Shown one piece after another: positions 33,612 to 43,024 of a stretch of DNA of 64,000 bases (positions within the stretch are counted from its first letter, which is position 1; each line of letters starts with the position of its first letter). The stretch is taken from positions 25,620 to 89,619 of the forward strand of contig JAJYYV010000002.1 of NCBI GenBank assembly GCA_021800535.1, read 5' to 3'. A program made the translations under genes and the position numbers. Source of the stretch: a bacterium (GTDB lineage Bacteria; Ratteibacteria; UBA8468; B48-G9; DTJG01). The notes below the pieces were generated by a model. That model was not told the DNA's origin. It did not search any database and worked only from the letters and a program-made list of their open reading frames with translations.

Positions 33612-34856
33612 ATGAAAATATCTGCAAATATATATATTCCAAGGAAAATAGAAAGTATTTTAAAGGAATATGTGAAAACTTTTCCTGCGATTGCCATCAC
33701 AGGGCCACGACAAACAGGAAAATCCACCCTTATTAAAAACATTTTTAAAAAAACTCATACCATTGTTTCTTTTGATGACCCACTAATAAGAGAAAGGGCT
33801 TTATCAGACCCTAAATTATTTATAGAAAATACCGGAGAAAAAATAGTTTTTGATGAAATTCAATATGCACCCCAAATTCTTTCTTATATTAAAATCCTTA
33901 TTGATAGCAATAGACATAAATATGGAAGATATATAATTACAGGTTCACAACAATTTAGTCTTATCAAAAATTTAGGAGATACTTTGGCAGGTAGAATTGC
34001 TTTGCTGGATTTATTACCCTTTGAAACAGAGGAAAAAAAACAAATTAATTCTTTAAGAAAGAAATTATCAAATCCCTTAGAATGTTTTATACATTCCTGT
34101 CTACAAGGCTCATTTCCTGAAATTGTTATTCATTCAAATTTAAATCCTGAAGCATGGTATGGAGGGTATATTCAAACCTATCTGGAAAGAGATATTAGAA
34201 CTATTTACAATATTGGCATCTTAAGAGAATTTCAACAATTTCTTCATTTATTAGCTGCACGATGTTCTCAAATATTAAATCTTAGTAATTTTTCCAAGGA
34301 TTTAGGTGTTAGTGTTAATACAATAAAAAAATGGTTATCAATTTTAGAGGCAAGTAGAATTATATATATTTTACCACCTTATTATTTAAACTTAGGGAAA
34401 AGAATTTCCAAAAATCCCAAAATATATTTTCTGGATATTGGATTAGTATGTTATCTGACCGGGATAACAAACAAAGAACATTTACTTAATGGACCTTTAG
34501 GAGGGCCATTATTTGAAAATTTTATTATACAGGAAACAGTTAAACATTTTTTTAATAAAGGTATAAGACCTAATCTTTTTTATTTACGAACACATAATGG
34601 TATAGAAATAGATTTACTTATAGAATCTAATCTCCGTTTATTTCCAATAGAAATTAAATTAACCAAATCTCCCAATATCGGAATGGGCAATTCTATAGAA
34701 AGGTTTAAAAAAATATTTAATAGTTTAAAAATTGATGAAGGAAAAATTATTTCTTTAAGTACTGATGAGATGAAAATAACAAAAAATATCTCAATTATTA
34801 ATTTAGATTCTTATTGGAAATACTTAAATGATTTATTGCCCAATATGCAAAAATGA
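33612..34856 (+). CDS. AAA ATPase with HTH and C-terminal PD-(D/E)xK-like domain (COG1373 / DUF4143-type), diverged paralog
   Basis: 414 aa. Walker A GPRQTGKST, Walker B VFDEIQ, HTH-like GVSVNTIKKWLSILE, and C-terminal IEIDLLI...FPIEIKL. Confidence 0.75.
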   Translation: MKISANIYIPRKIESILKEYVKTFPAIAITGPRQTGKSTLIKNIFKKTHTIVSFDDPLIRERALSDPKLFIENTGEKIVFDEIQYAPQILSYIKILIDSNRHKYGRYIITGSQQFSLIKNLGDTLAGRIALLDLLPFETEEKKQINSLRKKLSNPLECFIHSCLQGSFPEIVIHSNLNPEAWYGGYIQTYLERDIRTIYNIGILREFQQFLHLLAARCSQILNLSNFSKDLGVSVNTIKKWLSILEASRIIYILPPYYLNLGKRISKNPKIYFLDIGLVCYLTGITNKEHLLNGPLGGPLFENFIIQETVKHFFNKGIRPNLFYLRTHNGIEIDLLIESNLRLFPIEIKLTKSPNIGMGNSIERFKKIFNSLKIDEGKIISLSTDEMKITKNISIINLDSYWKYLNDLLPNMQK

Positions 34857-35625
34857 AAGTATTTTAATCTGGCAGGAAAAAAAATATAGGGTGTATAGAT
34901 GTAAAAACTGTACACTATCGTTTCTTTATCCTATTCCTGAAAGCTCTTTGAAAATATATAATGAAACCTACTTCAACAATTGGTATATAAAATATTATGA
35001 TGAAAGAAAAAAACATTTTGAAAAATTATGGGGGAAAATAGAAAAATTCATTCCAGACAAAGGAACTTTACTTGATATTGGTTGTGGTATTGGTATTTTC
35101 CTGGATATAGCAAGAGAAAAAAAATGGAATGTTTATGGACAGGATATTTCATCTTTTTCAATAGATTATTGCAGGAATAAAGGATATATAATATATGACA
35201 AACCCTTGCCAGAACTAAATCTTCCTGAAAATTCCATTTATGTTATTACAATGTTTGATGTCCTTGCTCATTTACAAAATCCTATGGAATATATAGAAAA
35301 AGCAAAAAGACTTTTAAAACCAGCAGGTGTATTGATAATAAAAACACCCTTTCATTCAAGATTTATATTTTCTCTGACTAAATTGTTGGCATTTACAGGA
35401 AAAAGTAAAACGCTTTTACATGTTCCTGCCCAGATTTATCATTTTACTCCTCAAAGTTTTAAAAATATTATCAGGTCTGAAGAATTATCTTTGCTATATT
35501 TAGAAAAAACACAAGATTTTTTAAAAATAGGATTTAAGAATCCAAAAATTTTATTGAGTAATATTCCCAAATTGATTAAAATAGAACAAAGTCTTTTGGT
35601 TATTATAAAAAAACAAAAAAAATGA
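34828..35625 (+). CDS. class I SAM-dependent methyltransferase with N-terminal zinc ribbon
   Basis: 265 aa. CPICKN...CKNC at the N-terminus and motif [12 protein letters not shown]. 29-nt overlap with the preceding ATPase gene. Confidence 0.8.
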   Translation: MIYCPICKNESILIWQEKKYRVYRCKNCTLSFLYPIPESSLKIYNETYFNNWYIKYYDERKKHFEKLWGKIEKFIPDKGTLLDIGCGIGIFLDIAREKKWNVYGQDISSFSIDYCRNKGYIIYDKPLPELNLPENSIYVITMFDVLAHLQNPMEYIEKAKRLLKPAGVLIIKTPFHSRFIFSLTKLLAFTGKSKTLLHVPAQIYHFTPQSFKNIIRSEELSLLYLEKTQDFLKIGFKNPKILLSNIPKLIKIEQSLLVIIKKQKK

Positions 35626-36362
35626 AAGAAAAAATTATTGTGGTTATGCCAGCCTATAATGCTGAAAAAACCCTGGAAAAAACTATAAAAGAAATTCCAG
35701 AAAATATTGTAGACGAAATAATTCTTGTAGATGATAAAAGCACTGATAATACTGTTAAAGTTGCTTTATCCTTAGGACTTTCTGTTATTACACATAACAA
35801 AAACAAAGGATATGGAGGGAATCAAAAAACCTGTTATAATCTTGCTCTTGAAAAAGGCGCTGATTATATTGTAATGCTTCATCCTGATTATCAGTATGAT
35901 GCTCGTATTATACCTTCAGCCTTAGATTTTCTTAAACTTAAAATTTGTGATGTTATACTGGGAAATAGAATCAGAACAAGGAAAGAAACAATTCAATGTG
36001 GAATGCCTTTATATAAATATTTTTCTAATCGTTTTTTAACAATTCTTGAAAATTTTATAACCGGACAAAATTTAGGTGAGTGGCATAGCGGATTTCGTAT
36101 TTACACAAAGAATGTACTTCAAACAATTCCCTATGAAAAAAATTCTGATGATTTTGTTTTTGACACACAGGTTTTATTACAGGCAATATATTTTAATTTT
36201 AAAATAGGAGATGTTCCAATTCCTGTCCGATATTTTGAAGAAGCCTCATCTATAAATTTTCTAAGAAGCACAATTTATGGATTAAGGTCTGTTTTATGCC
36301 TTATACAATTTGTTTTACAATCTTTAAAAATATGTAAATTCCAATGGTTTTTGAAAAAATAA
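35622..36362 (+). CDS. short GT2 glycosyltransferase (Dpm1-like)
   Basis: 246 aa. Motifs [24 protein letters not shown] and [13 protein letters not shown] overlap with the methyltransferase gene. Confidence 0.8.
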   Translation: MKEKIIVVMPAYNAEKTLEKTIKEIPENIVDEIILVDDKSTDNTVKVALSLGLSVITHNKNKGYGGNQKTCYNLALEKGADYIVMLHPDYQYDARIIPSALDFLKLKICDVILGNRIRTRKETIQCGMPLYKYFSNRFLTILENFITGQNLGEWHSGFRIYTKNVLQTIPYEKNSDDFVFDTQVLLQAIYFNFKIGDVPIPVRYFEEASSINFLRSTIYGLRSVLCLIQFVLQSLKICKFQWFLKK

Positions 36363-37945
36363 AATATAAAAATTTTGATTGGAATCTTCTTTTACTGGTT
36401 TTATTTTTTGTTATTATAAAATCTTTTACTCCATATCCCTATCATTTTATAACAATGGATGAACCAAAGTATCTTACTCTTGTTAAAAATTTTCCACATT
36501 ATTTTATTTTTAATAAAAATTTCTGTCTTGATTATCCACCTTTTTATCCTTTTGTAATAAAAATATTTTCAATGGTTTTTCCAGATTATATAGCAGGATT
36601 ATTAGTATCACAACTTTCTGCTCTGGGATGTTTAATAATGAGTATTTTTCTTTTAAAATTATTTAAAGTAGAAAAACGGATAATATATACAACCACAATT
36701 TTTCTTTCTTTTTCATGGCTTTTATATTATTGGTCAAACTTAATTTACAAGGAGATTTTTTTTACTTTTTTGATTCTTTCATTATTTTATTTTTTATTTA
36801 AATCCATGGAAACATCTCAAAAAAAATATATATTTATATCCAGTTTGTTTGGTTTATTTGCTGCTTTTACTACAGACCTGATAGTTTTTGCATTTCCGGT
36901 AATAATAGCCGGCATATTTTTTTATTGGAATAGATGCAGAATTAAAAAAATTTCTTTACTAATTCCCGGAATAGTAACTTTTGTAGGCTATGGAATATGG
37001 CTTCTTATAAGACTATGGTTTTATACCCACTATACCTACTACCCTATTGGAGTTGATGGAATAATTGAAAATGTTTCAAAATTTAATTTTATGAGTATTA
37101 TCACCCCAAGGGATTTTCATTATACAAAACAACTAACACATGCATCTATCTCTTTTAGCCCTTTTAATTACATTAAATATATTGGTTCAATTATAAATTT
37201 TATACCACCATTTCATATTTCATTTTACAGAATATCAAAACTGAAATTTATTATTCTTATACTTTTTATTTATTTGCCCATTCTTTTTTTAATAATTAGG
37301 GGTATTGTAATTTCTTTGAAAAATAAGGAATGGATTGGTATATTTTTATTTATTCTTCTTTTATTTTTTATTTCTCCTGTGGTTTATGGGATTAGTAGTC
37401 CCCGTTTTTCTATAGCAAGTGCTATTTCCATGGCTTATTTTTTTGCAAAAGGTTTTCCTATAATAGAAAAAAAGATATATTTAAAAATTTTTAGAGTTAT
37501 TCTTCCTATTTTTTTAGTATTATTCCTTTTTTACTGGATCTTTAAAAATCCTTATTTTATTCTCTCACTTAAAAAAAAGGTCAATCTTCAAAAAGCAGGG
37601 AATTTTTTAAATACATTGCCTGCAAATGGAGTAATGGCAGAATTTGGAGACCCTCCTTCACTTGCTTATTTAACAAATAAAAGAATTATTGGCTTACCTT
37701 TTGACACTTCACAGATTGAAAAACAGGTTAAATTATTTAAAATAAAATATGTGATTTTTAATGAAACGCAAAAAAACAAAAAATTTGAAATTGCTCCTAT
37801 ATATCTTAATACTATAAATTATATAAAAAATAATTCAAAAAAATTTAAGTTGCTGACTGTAATAAATGAAGGAACCAAAAAATATATGGAAATAGGAAAA
37901 GTAAAAATACCAAAAAGCAAGGTGTTTATTTATGAAACAAAATAG
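36344..37945 (+). CDS. GT-C fold membrane glycosyltransferase (ArnT/PMT-like)
   Basis: 533 aa, strongly hydrophobic and polytopic. First-loop Asp-Glu pair ([10 protein letters not shown]39-E40). C-terminal soluble region of about 130 aa. Confidence 0.6.
   Translation: MVFEKIKYKNFDWNLLLLVLFFVIIKSFTPYPYHFITMDEPKYLTLVKNFPHYFIFNKNFCLDYPPFYPFVIKIFSMVFPDYIAGLLVSQLSALGCLIMSIFLLKLFKVEKRIIYTTTIFLSFSWLLYYWSNLIYKEIFFTFLILSLFYFLFKSMETSQKKYIFISSLFGLFAAFTTDLIVFAFPVIIAGIFFYWNRCRIKKISLLIPGIVTFVGYGIWLLIRLWFYTHYTYYPIGVDGIIENVSKFNFMSIITPRDFHYTKQLTHASISFSPFNYIKYIGSIINFIPPFHISFYRISKLKFIILILFIYLPILFLIIRGIVISLKNKEWIGIFLFILLLFFISPVVYGISSPRFSIASAISMAYFFAKGFPIIEKKIYLKIFRVILPIFLVLFLFYWIFKNPYFILSLKKKVNLQKAGNFLNTLPANGVMAEFGDPPSLAYLTNKRIIGLPFDTSQIEKQVKLFKIKYVIFNETQKNKKFEIAPIYLNTINYIKNNSKKFKLLTVINEGTKKYMEIGKVKIPKSKVFIYETK
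37932..37945 (+). repeat. short direct repeat matching the start of the gene at 38231
   Basis: ATGAAACAAAA at 37932-37942 is identical to 38231-38241. With a 3-nt AAA indel, both copies continue to TAG. The sequence is AT-rich and low-complexity, so it is weak on its own. Confidence 0.4.
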
Positions 37946-38015
37946 ATTGAATAAGAAATTTTGATATTTTATTAAAATGGAGCACAATATTTATATTAAT
38001 AAATAAAGGAAATAC

Positions 38016-38234
38016 ATGAAAACAATTTTATCGCCTAAATATCAATTATTGGTTCCTAAAAATATAAGAAAACAACTTAATCTGTCCAAAGGTCAAAAAT
38101 TTTATGTTATTTCTAAAGAAGGAATAATTTTTTATATTCCTGATAAGCCATTATCAGAGTTAAAAGGATTACTTAAAAATACAGATATAAAAGGAATAAG
38201 AGAAGAAAAGGATAGAATAGATAAAGTATTATGA
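38016..38234 (+). CDS. orphan AbrB/SpoVT/MazE-type antitoxin-like DNA-binding protein
   Basis: 72 aa. Swapped-hairpin segment YQLLVPKNIRKQLNLSKGQKFYV. No toxin gene follows. Its stop overlaps the ATG of the GT-C gene (ATGA at 38231-38234). Confidence 0.65.
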   Translation: MKTILSPKYQLLVPKNIRKQLNLSKGQKFYVISKEGIIFYIPDKPLSELKGLLKNTDIKGIREEKDRIDKVL

Positions 38235-39727
38235 AACAAAAAAATAGGGTATTTATAATAGGTCTTATTTTAATTGGTATTATATTAAGATTTTTATTTT
38301 TATCTAAAAGAAGCCTATGGGCTGATGAATTTTGGGCGGTTTATATTGGACAGATGTCTTTTGCCCATATGGTGAATTTTATAACTTACCACGATGCCCA
38401 TCCCCCTTTATTTTATGAAATTGTTCATTTCTGGCTGCATTTTGGTAATAGCGCTTTTATATTAAGAATTATCCCTGCGCTTGCTGGGGTGGCATGTATA
38501 TGGGCTGCCTATATATTAGGAAGAGAAATATTAAACGAAAAGATTGGGTTTATTTTCGCTGCAATTATTACATTTAATCCTGCCCATATCTTATGGTCTC
38601 AGATTGTTAAGTCTTATTCTCTTTTCACTTTTCTTGCCATTATTTCTATTTATTTTTTCTTCAAGGTATTGAAAAAAAGAGAAAAAAAGTATTGGTTTTT
38701 ATTAGGGATTATCAATATTATTCTTTTATACCTTCATAACCTTGGTTTTGTGATAATTCTGATAGAAACAATTACAGTTATTGTTCTAAATATGTTTGAC
38801 TGGGAATGGTTATATTATTGTGTGGCGATTTTTATATGCTATATACCATGGCTATTACATGTTCCACATCAACTACATTTTACTCTTGGCGTTGTCAGAC
38901 CATTTCCTCCATATATAACAATGGCTTATTCTCTCTTTTATTTTGCACTTGGAGAAACAGTGAACCCATTTATGTTTTATATTACAATACCCGCATTTAT
39001 AATATTGATATATTTAATAGTAAAAGGTTTAATTGAAATAAAAAATATTTCTATAGAAAAAAGAATAACTTTATTGATTGGGCTTTTAAGTATTTTCCCT
39101 ATATGTTTTTTCCCTTCTATTGTCCCTCAAAATATTCTGCCTTTATCTATTTTCTGGTATATTTTAATTTCTTTGGCATTATTTAAAATTTCAGAGAAAT
39201 CTTCTGTTTTATTTAAATCTTTGCTTTCATTGGTAATTCTTTTGTTTTTAATTTCAGATTTTTTTCTTTATGCAGGTGTTCATTATAATGACAAGTCAAA
39301 GATTGTTCCATATAAACAGATTGGTAGATTTCTTACGCAGAATGTAAAACCTGATGATATAATATTAACTACAGAAGGGATACTTTATTTCCATGGCAAA
39401 CAATTTTCACCTATTAGCTGGTATTATAAAGGTCCTGCTAAAATAATAGGAATAACAGATAAAACTTCTTTAGAGAATCTTTCTAAAAAATTAAAAAAAT
39501 ATAAAAAAATATGGGTTGAAGCAAATTTTTATGGAAATTATGTTTTATCTAAAAAATTGAAAAATGTTTTATCTAAGCATTTTAAAAATATTTTAGATAA
39601 ATATTATGTTTTAAACAGAAGATGGATTTTGGATAATAAATGGATTGCAAAGAAAATAAAAGAAAGGTCTCCAAAACCATCCTACTATTATCTTATTCAG
39701 GTAATAGAGTATCAACATAAAAAATAA
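38231..39727 (+). CDS. GT-C fold membrane glycosyltransferase (ArnT/PMT_2-like)
   Basis: 498 aa, polytopic. First-loop motif SLWADEFWAVY (D32-E33) is typical of PMT_2/ArnT-like enzymes. Confidence 0.7.
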   Translation: MKQKNRVFIIGLILIGIILRFLFLSKRSLWADEFWAVYIGQMSFAHMVNFITYHDAHPPLFYEIVHFWLHFGNSAFILRIIPALAGVACIWAAYILGREILNEKIGFIFAAIITFNPAHILWSQIVKSYSLFTFLAIISIYFFFKVLKKREKKYWFLLGIINIILLYLHNLGFVIILIETITVIVLNMFDWEWLYYCVAIFICYIPWLLHVPHQLHFTLGVVRPFPPYITMAYSLFYFALGETVNPFMFYITIPAFIILIYLIVKGLIEIKNISIEKRITLLIGLLSIFPICFFPSIVPQNILPLSIFWYILISLALFKISEKSSVLFKSLLSLVILLFLISDFFLYAGVHYNDKSKIVPYKQIGRFLTQNVKPDDIILTTEGILYFHGKQFSPISWYYKGPAKIIGITDKTSLENLSKKLKKYKKIWVEANFYGNYVLSKKLKNVLSKHFKNILDKYYVLNRRWILDNKWIAKKIKERSPKPSYYYLIQVIEYQHKK

Positions 39728-40749
39728 TGATAAAAAAAATTCTAATCACAGGAGGGGCAGGATTTATTGGAATAAATCTTGCTTATTCTCTTTTAAATAA
39801 TAAGGATAACTTTGTTATTATTTACGATAATCTTTCCCGTAAAGGTTCTGAAAAAAATATAAAATGGATTTTATCTTCTGGTTTTAAAAATATTGAATTT
39901 ATTAAAGGAGATATAAGAGATTATACTAAACTTAAAAAATCTGTTAAAGAATATGATTGTATTTATCATTTAGCGGCCCAGGTAGCAGTAACAAAATCTG
40001 TTGAAAATCCTATTGAAGACTTTGAAATAAATGCACAGGGAACATTATATCTCCTTGAAGCAGTGAGAAAAAATTCTCCAGAAGCAGTTTTTGTTTTTTC
40101 TTCCACAAATAAGGTTTATGGAGAACTTTTGCATTTAAAACTAAAAGAACAGGAAACAAGATATTCCCTGATTGGGAAAAATGGAATTGATGAAAATGAA
40201 AATCTTGATTTTCATTCCCCGTATGGAAATTCCAAAGGAACAGCAGACCAATACATAAGGGATTATTACAGAATATACGGATTAAAAACTGTTGTATTCC
40301 GTCAGTCCTGTATTTTTGGACCACACCAGCATGGCAACACTGACCAGGGATGGGTTGCCCATTTTATTATAAAAACTCTTAATAATGAAGGAATTACAAT
40401 CTATGGAGATGGCAAACAGGTAAGGGATATCCTTGATGTTTCAGATTTAATAAGGGCCTATAACCTTTCAGTCAAAAACATAGAAAAGGTAAAAGGGAAT
40501 ATTTTTAATATTGGCGGTGGGATAGATAATACTTTTTCTTTATTGGAATTCATTAATTTTCTTGAAAAAGAAACAGAAAAAAAGATAAAATATAAATTTT
40601 CAGACTGGAGGCCCGGGGACCAAAAGATATTTATAAGCAATAATGCAAAGCTAAAAAAAGAATTAGGGTGGTTCCCAAAGATTAGTAAAGAACAAGGAAC
40701 AAAAGCCTTGATTGAATGGATAAAGGCTAATTATAAGGATATAGAATGA
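39727..40749 (+). CDS. NAD-dependent sugar epimerase/dehydratase (extended SDR, CDP-paratose 2-epimerase-like)
   Basis: 340 aa. Rossmann motif TGGAGFIG, catalytic YGNSKGTADQY (YxxxK) and a DQGWVAHF segment reminiscent of the tyvelose-epimerase subgroup. Confidence 0.7.
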   Translation: MIKKILITGGAGFIGINLAYSLLNNKDNFVIIYDNLSRKGSEKNIKWILSSGFKNIEFIKGDIRDYTKLKKSVKEYDCIYHLAAQVAVTKSVENPIEDFEINAQGTLYLLEAVRKNSPEAVFVFSSTNKVYGELLHLKLKEQETRYSLIGKNGIDENENLDFHSPYGNSKGTADQYIRDYYRIYGLKTVVFRQSCIFGPHQHGNTDQGWVAHFIIKTLNNEGITIYGDGKQVRDILDVSDLIRAYNLSVKNIEKVKGNIFNIGGGIDNTFSLLEFINFLEKETEKKIKYKFSDWRPGDQKIFISNNAKLKKELGWFPKISKEQGTKALIEWIKANYKDIE

Positions 40750-42083
40750 AAAATATAGGAATTATTGGAACAGGTCATGTAGGACTTGTAACAGGAGCAT
40801 GCTTTGCAAAATTAGGCAATAATGTCATTTGTGCTGATAATGATAGTGAAAAAATAAAAAAATTAAATCAGCATATACTGCCATTTTATGAACCAGGATT
40901 AAATACTATTGTGGAAGAAGAACATAAAAAAGAAAGATTATTATTCACAAACTCTATAGAAGAAGTTGTTAAAAATTCTGAAGTTATCTTTATAACAGTA
41001 GGAACACCTTCCACAGAAAATGGAAAAGCAGACCTTTCATACGTAGAACAGGTTTCAATAGAAATAGCAAAATCTTTAAGCAATATAAGCAAAATTTCTT
41101 CAGCAAAAATTTACAGATTAATTGTAGAAAAAAGCACTGTGCCTGTTTTAACCGGGGAGTGGGTAAAGAGAACTATAGAACTTATTGTTCCTACAGGAAT
41201 TGATTTTGATATAGCGGCTAATCCTGAATTTTTAAGAGAAGGAAATGCAATTAAAGATTTTATGGAACCGGACAGAATTGTAGTAGGAACAGAAAACGAA
41301 AGAGCAAAAAAAATTTTTCAGGAAATATATTCTCCAATTAAATCACCCATTATTTTTACTGATATAAAAAGTGCAGAAATCATAAAACATGCCTCAAACT
41401 CTTTTTTGGCAATGAAAATATCTTATATTAATGCTATATCCCAGATATGTGATAAAGTTGGAGCAGATATAGAAATGGTTGCAGAAGGCATGGGAATGGA
41501 TAAAAGAATTGGGAAATCATTTTTAAAAGCCGGTATCGGTTATGGTGGTTCCTGTTTCCCAAAAGATGTAAAAGCCTTTATTTCAATAGCAAAGGATATA
41601 GGATATGATTTTAATCTCTTAAAAGAGGTGGAACATATAAATAAAGAACAGATAAATATTGTTATTAAAAAAGCCCAGGAACTTTTATGGAATCTAAAAG
41701 GAAAACAGATTGGAATTTTAGGACTTTCATTTAAACCACAAACAGATGATATTAGAGAAAGCCCTGCAATTAAAATAATCCAGCTACTTTTAAAAGAAGA
41801 CTGTATTATTAAATGTTATGACCCGCAGGCTATGGAAAATACTAAAAATATACTACCCAACCTTATTTATTGTAAAACCCCTTATGAAGTATGTAAGGAT
41901 TCACATCTTTTAATATTTGCAACAGAATGGGATGAATTTAAAACTCTTGATTTTGATAAAATAAAAACCTTGATGAAAATGCCGCACATTATTGACGGCA
42001 GAAATTTTCTTGATTTTAAAAAATTACAGAAAGCCGGTTTTATATACAAATCCATAGGTAAAAAAACAGAAGGGGAAAAATGA
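40746..42083 (+). CDS. ugd: UDP-glucose 6-dehydrogenase
   Basis: 445 aa. N-terminal IGTGHVGLVTGACFA and the catalytic Cys motif GGSCFPKD. Confidence 0.92.
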   Translation: MKNIGIIGTGHVGLVTGACFAKLGNNVICADNDSEKIKKLNQHILPFYEPGLNTIVEEEHKKERLLFTNSIEEVVKNSEVIFITVGTPSTENGKADLSYVEQVSIEIAKSLSNISKISSAKIYRLIVEKSTVPVLTGEWVKRTIELIVPTGIDFDIAANPEFLREGNAIKDFMEPDRIVVGTENERAKKIFQEIYSPIKSPIIFTDIKSAEIIKHASNSFLAMKISYINAISQICDKVGADIEMVAEGMGMDKRIGKSFLKAGIGYGGSCFPKDVKAFISIAKDIGYDFNLLKEVEHINKEQINIVIKKAQELLWNLKGKQIGILGLSFKPQTDDIRESPAIKIIQLLLKEDCIIKCYDPQAMENTKNILPNLIYCKTPYEVCKDSHLLIFATEWDEFKTLDFDKIKTLMKMPHIIDGRNFLDFKKLQKAGFIYKSIGKKTEGEK

Positions 42084-43024
42084 AAATTTTAATTACAGGA
42101 GGAGCAGGTTTTATTGGCAGTCACCTTTGTGAATTTTATATAAAACAAGGAATGGAAGTCTGGTGTATTGATAATCTTTTAACAGGAAATGAAAAAAATA
42201 TTTCTCCTTTTTTAAAAGATCCTAATTTCCATTTTTTAAAAGAAGATATTACAAAATTTGATTTTAGCAAAATTTCTGTTAATTTTGATATAATTTTTCA
42301 TCTTTCAAGTCCTGCATCTCCACCAGACTACTTTAATTTTCCTATAGAAACCTTATGGGTTAATTCCATAGGGACTGAAGTTTGCCTTAAACTTACTCAA
42401 AAATACAATGCTAAGTTTTTATTCTCATCTACCTCTGAAGTCTATGGAGACCCGCTTGTTTCTCCGCAAAAAGAAGACTACTGGGGAAATGTTAATTCTA
42501 TTGGGCTACGCTCTGTTTATGATGAAGGCAAAAGGTATGGAGAAGCAATTACAATGGCATATCATAGAAAATTCAATCTTAACACACATCTGATAAGAAT
42601 TTTTAATACTTATGGACCCAATATGCGACTTAATGATGGCAGGGTAATACCAAATTTTATCTATCAATCGCTTACCTCCCAGCCATTTACTATCTATGGA
42701 GATGGAAAACAAACAAGAAGTTTTTGTTATATAGATGACCTTATTGCAGGAATTACAAAACTTATTCAAACAGACTACAATTTACCGGTAAATCTTGGAA
42801 ATCCGGATGAATTTACAATATTAGAACTTGCCGAAAAATTAAAAAGTATTTTAAAAAAAGAAATTCCTATTAAATTTTTACCCCCTATTCCTGATGACCC
42901 AAGAAAAAGAAAACCCGATATATCTTTAGCAAAAAAACTTCTAAAATGGGAACCCGGGATTTCTTTACAGGATGGATTACAGAAAACAATAGAATCATTA
43001 AAAATTCAAATGGAGGCAAAATGA
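42080..43024 (+). CDS. uxs: UDP-glucuronate decarboxylase (UDP-xylose synthase)
   Basis: 314 aa. STSEVYGDPLVSPQKEDYWGNVNSIGLRSVYDEGKRYGE and RIFNTYGPNMRLNDGRVIPNF match the UXS signature. ATGA overlap with ugd. Confidence 0.85.
   Translation: MKILITGGAGFIGSHLCEFYIKQGMEVWCIDNLLTGNEKNISPFLKDPNFHFLKEDITKFDFSKISVNFDIIFHLSSPASPPDYFNFPIETLWVNSIGTEVCLKLTQKYNAKFLFSSTSEVYGDPLVSPQKEDYWGNVNSIGLRSVYDEGKRYGEAITMAYHRKFNLNTHLIRIFNTYGPNMRLNDGRVIPNFIYQSLTSQPFTIYGDGKQTRSFCYIDDLIAGITKLIQTDYNLPVNLGNPDEFTILELAEKLKSILKKEIPIKFLPPIPDDPRKRKPDISLAKKLLKWEPGISLQDGLQKTIESLKIQMEAK

Noticed and set aside
37961-37989. Candidate promoter for the orphan AbrB gene (TTGATA at 37961-37966 with a poor -10 about 17 nt downstream).
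   Set aside because: The -10 hexamer (ACAATA) is weak and alternative alignments are equally poor. This is not reported as a feature.
42095-42123. 29-nt exact repeat ACAGGAGGAGCAGGTTTTATTGGCAGTCA, shared with 43036-43064.
   Set aside because: It encodes the conserved TGGAGFIGSH Rossmann motif of two paralogous SDR genes. It reflects shared codon usage or paralogy, not a mobile or regulatory repeat.
42946-43020. N-terminal 25-codon extension of the zinc-ribbon SDR proposed by the ORF track.
   Set aside because: The extension lies inside the uxs coding region. The canonical MKALVTGGAGFIGSH Rossmann start is at 43021, with an ATGA overlap to the uxs stop.
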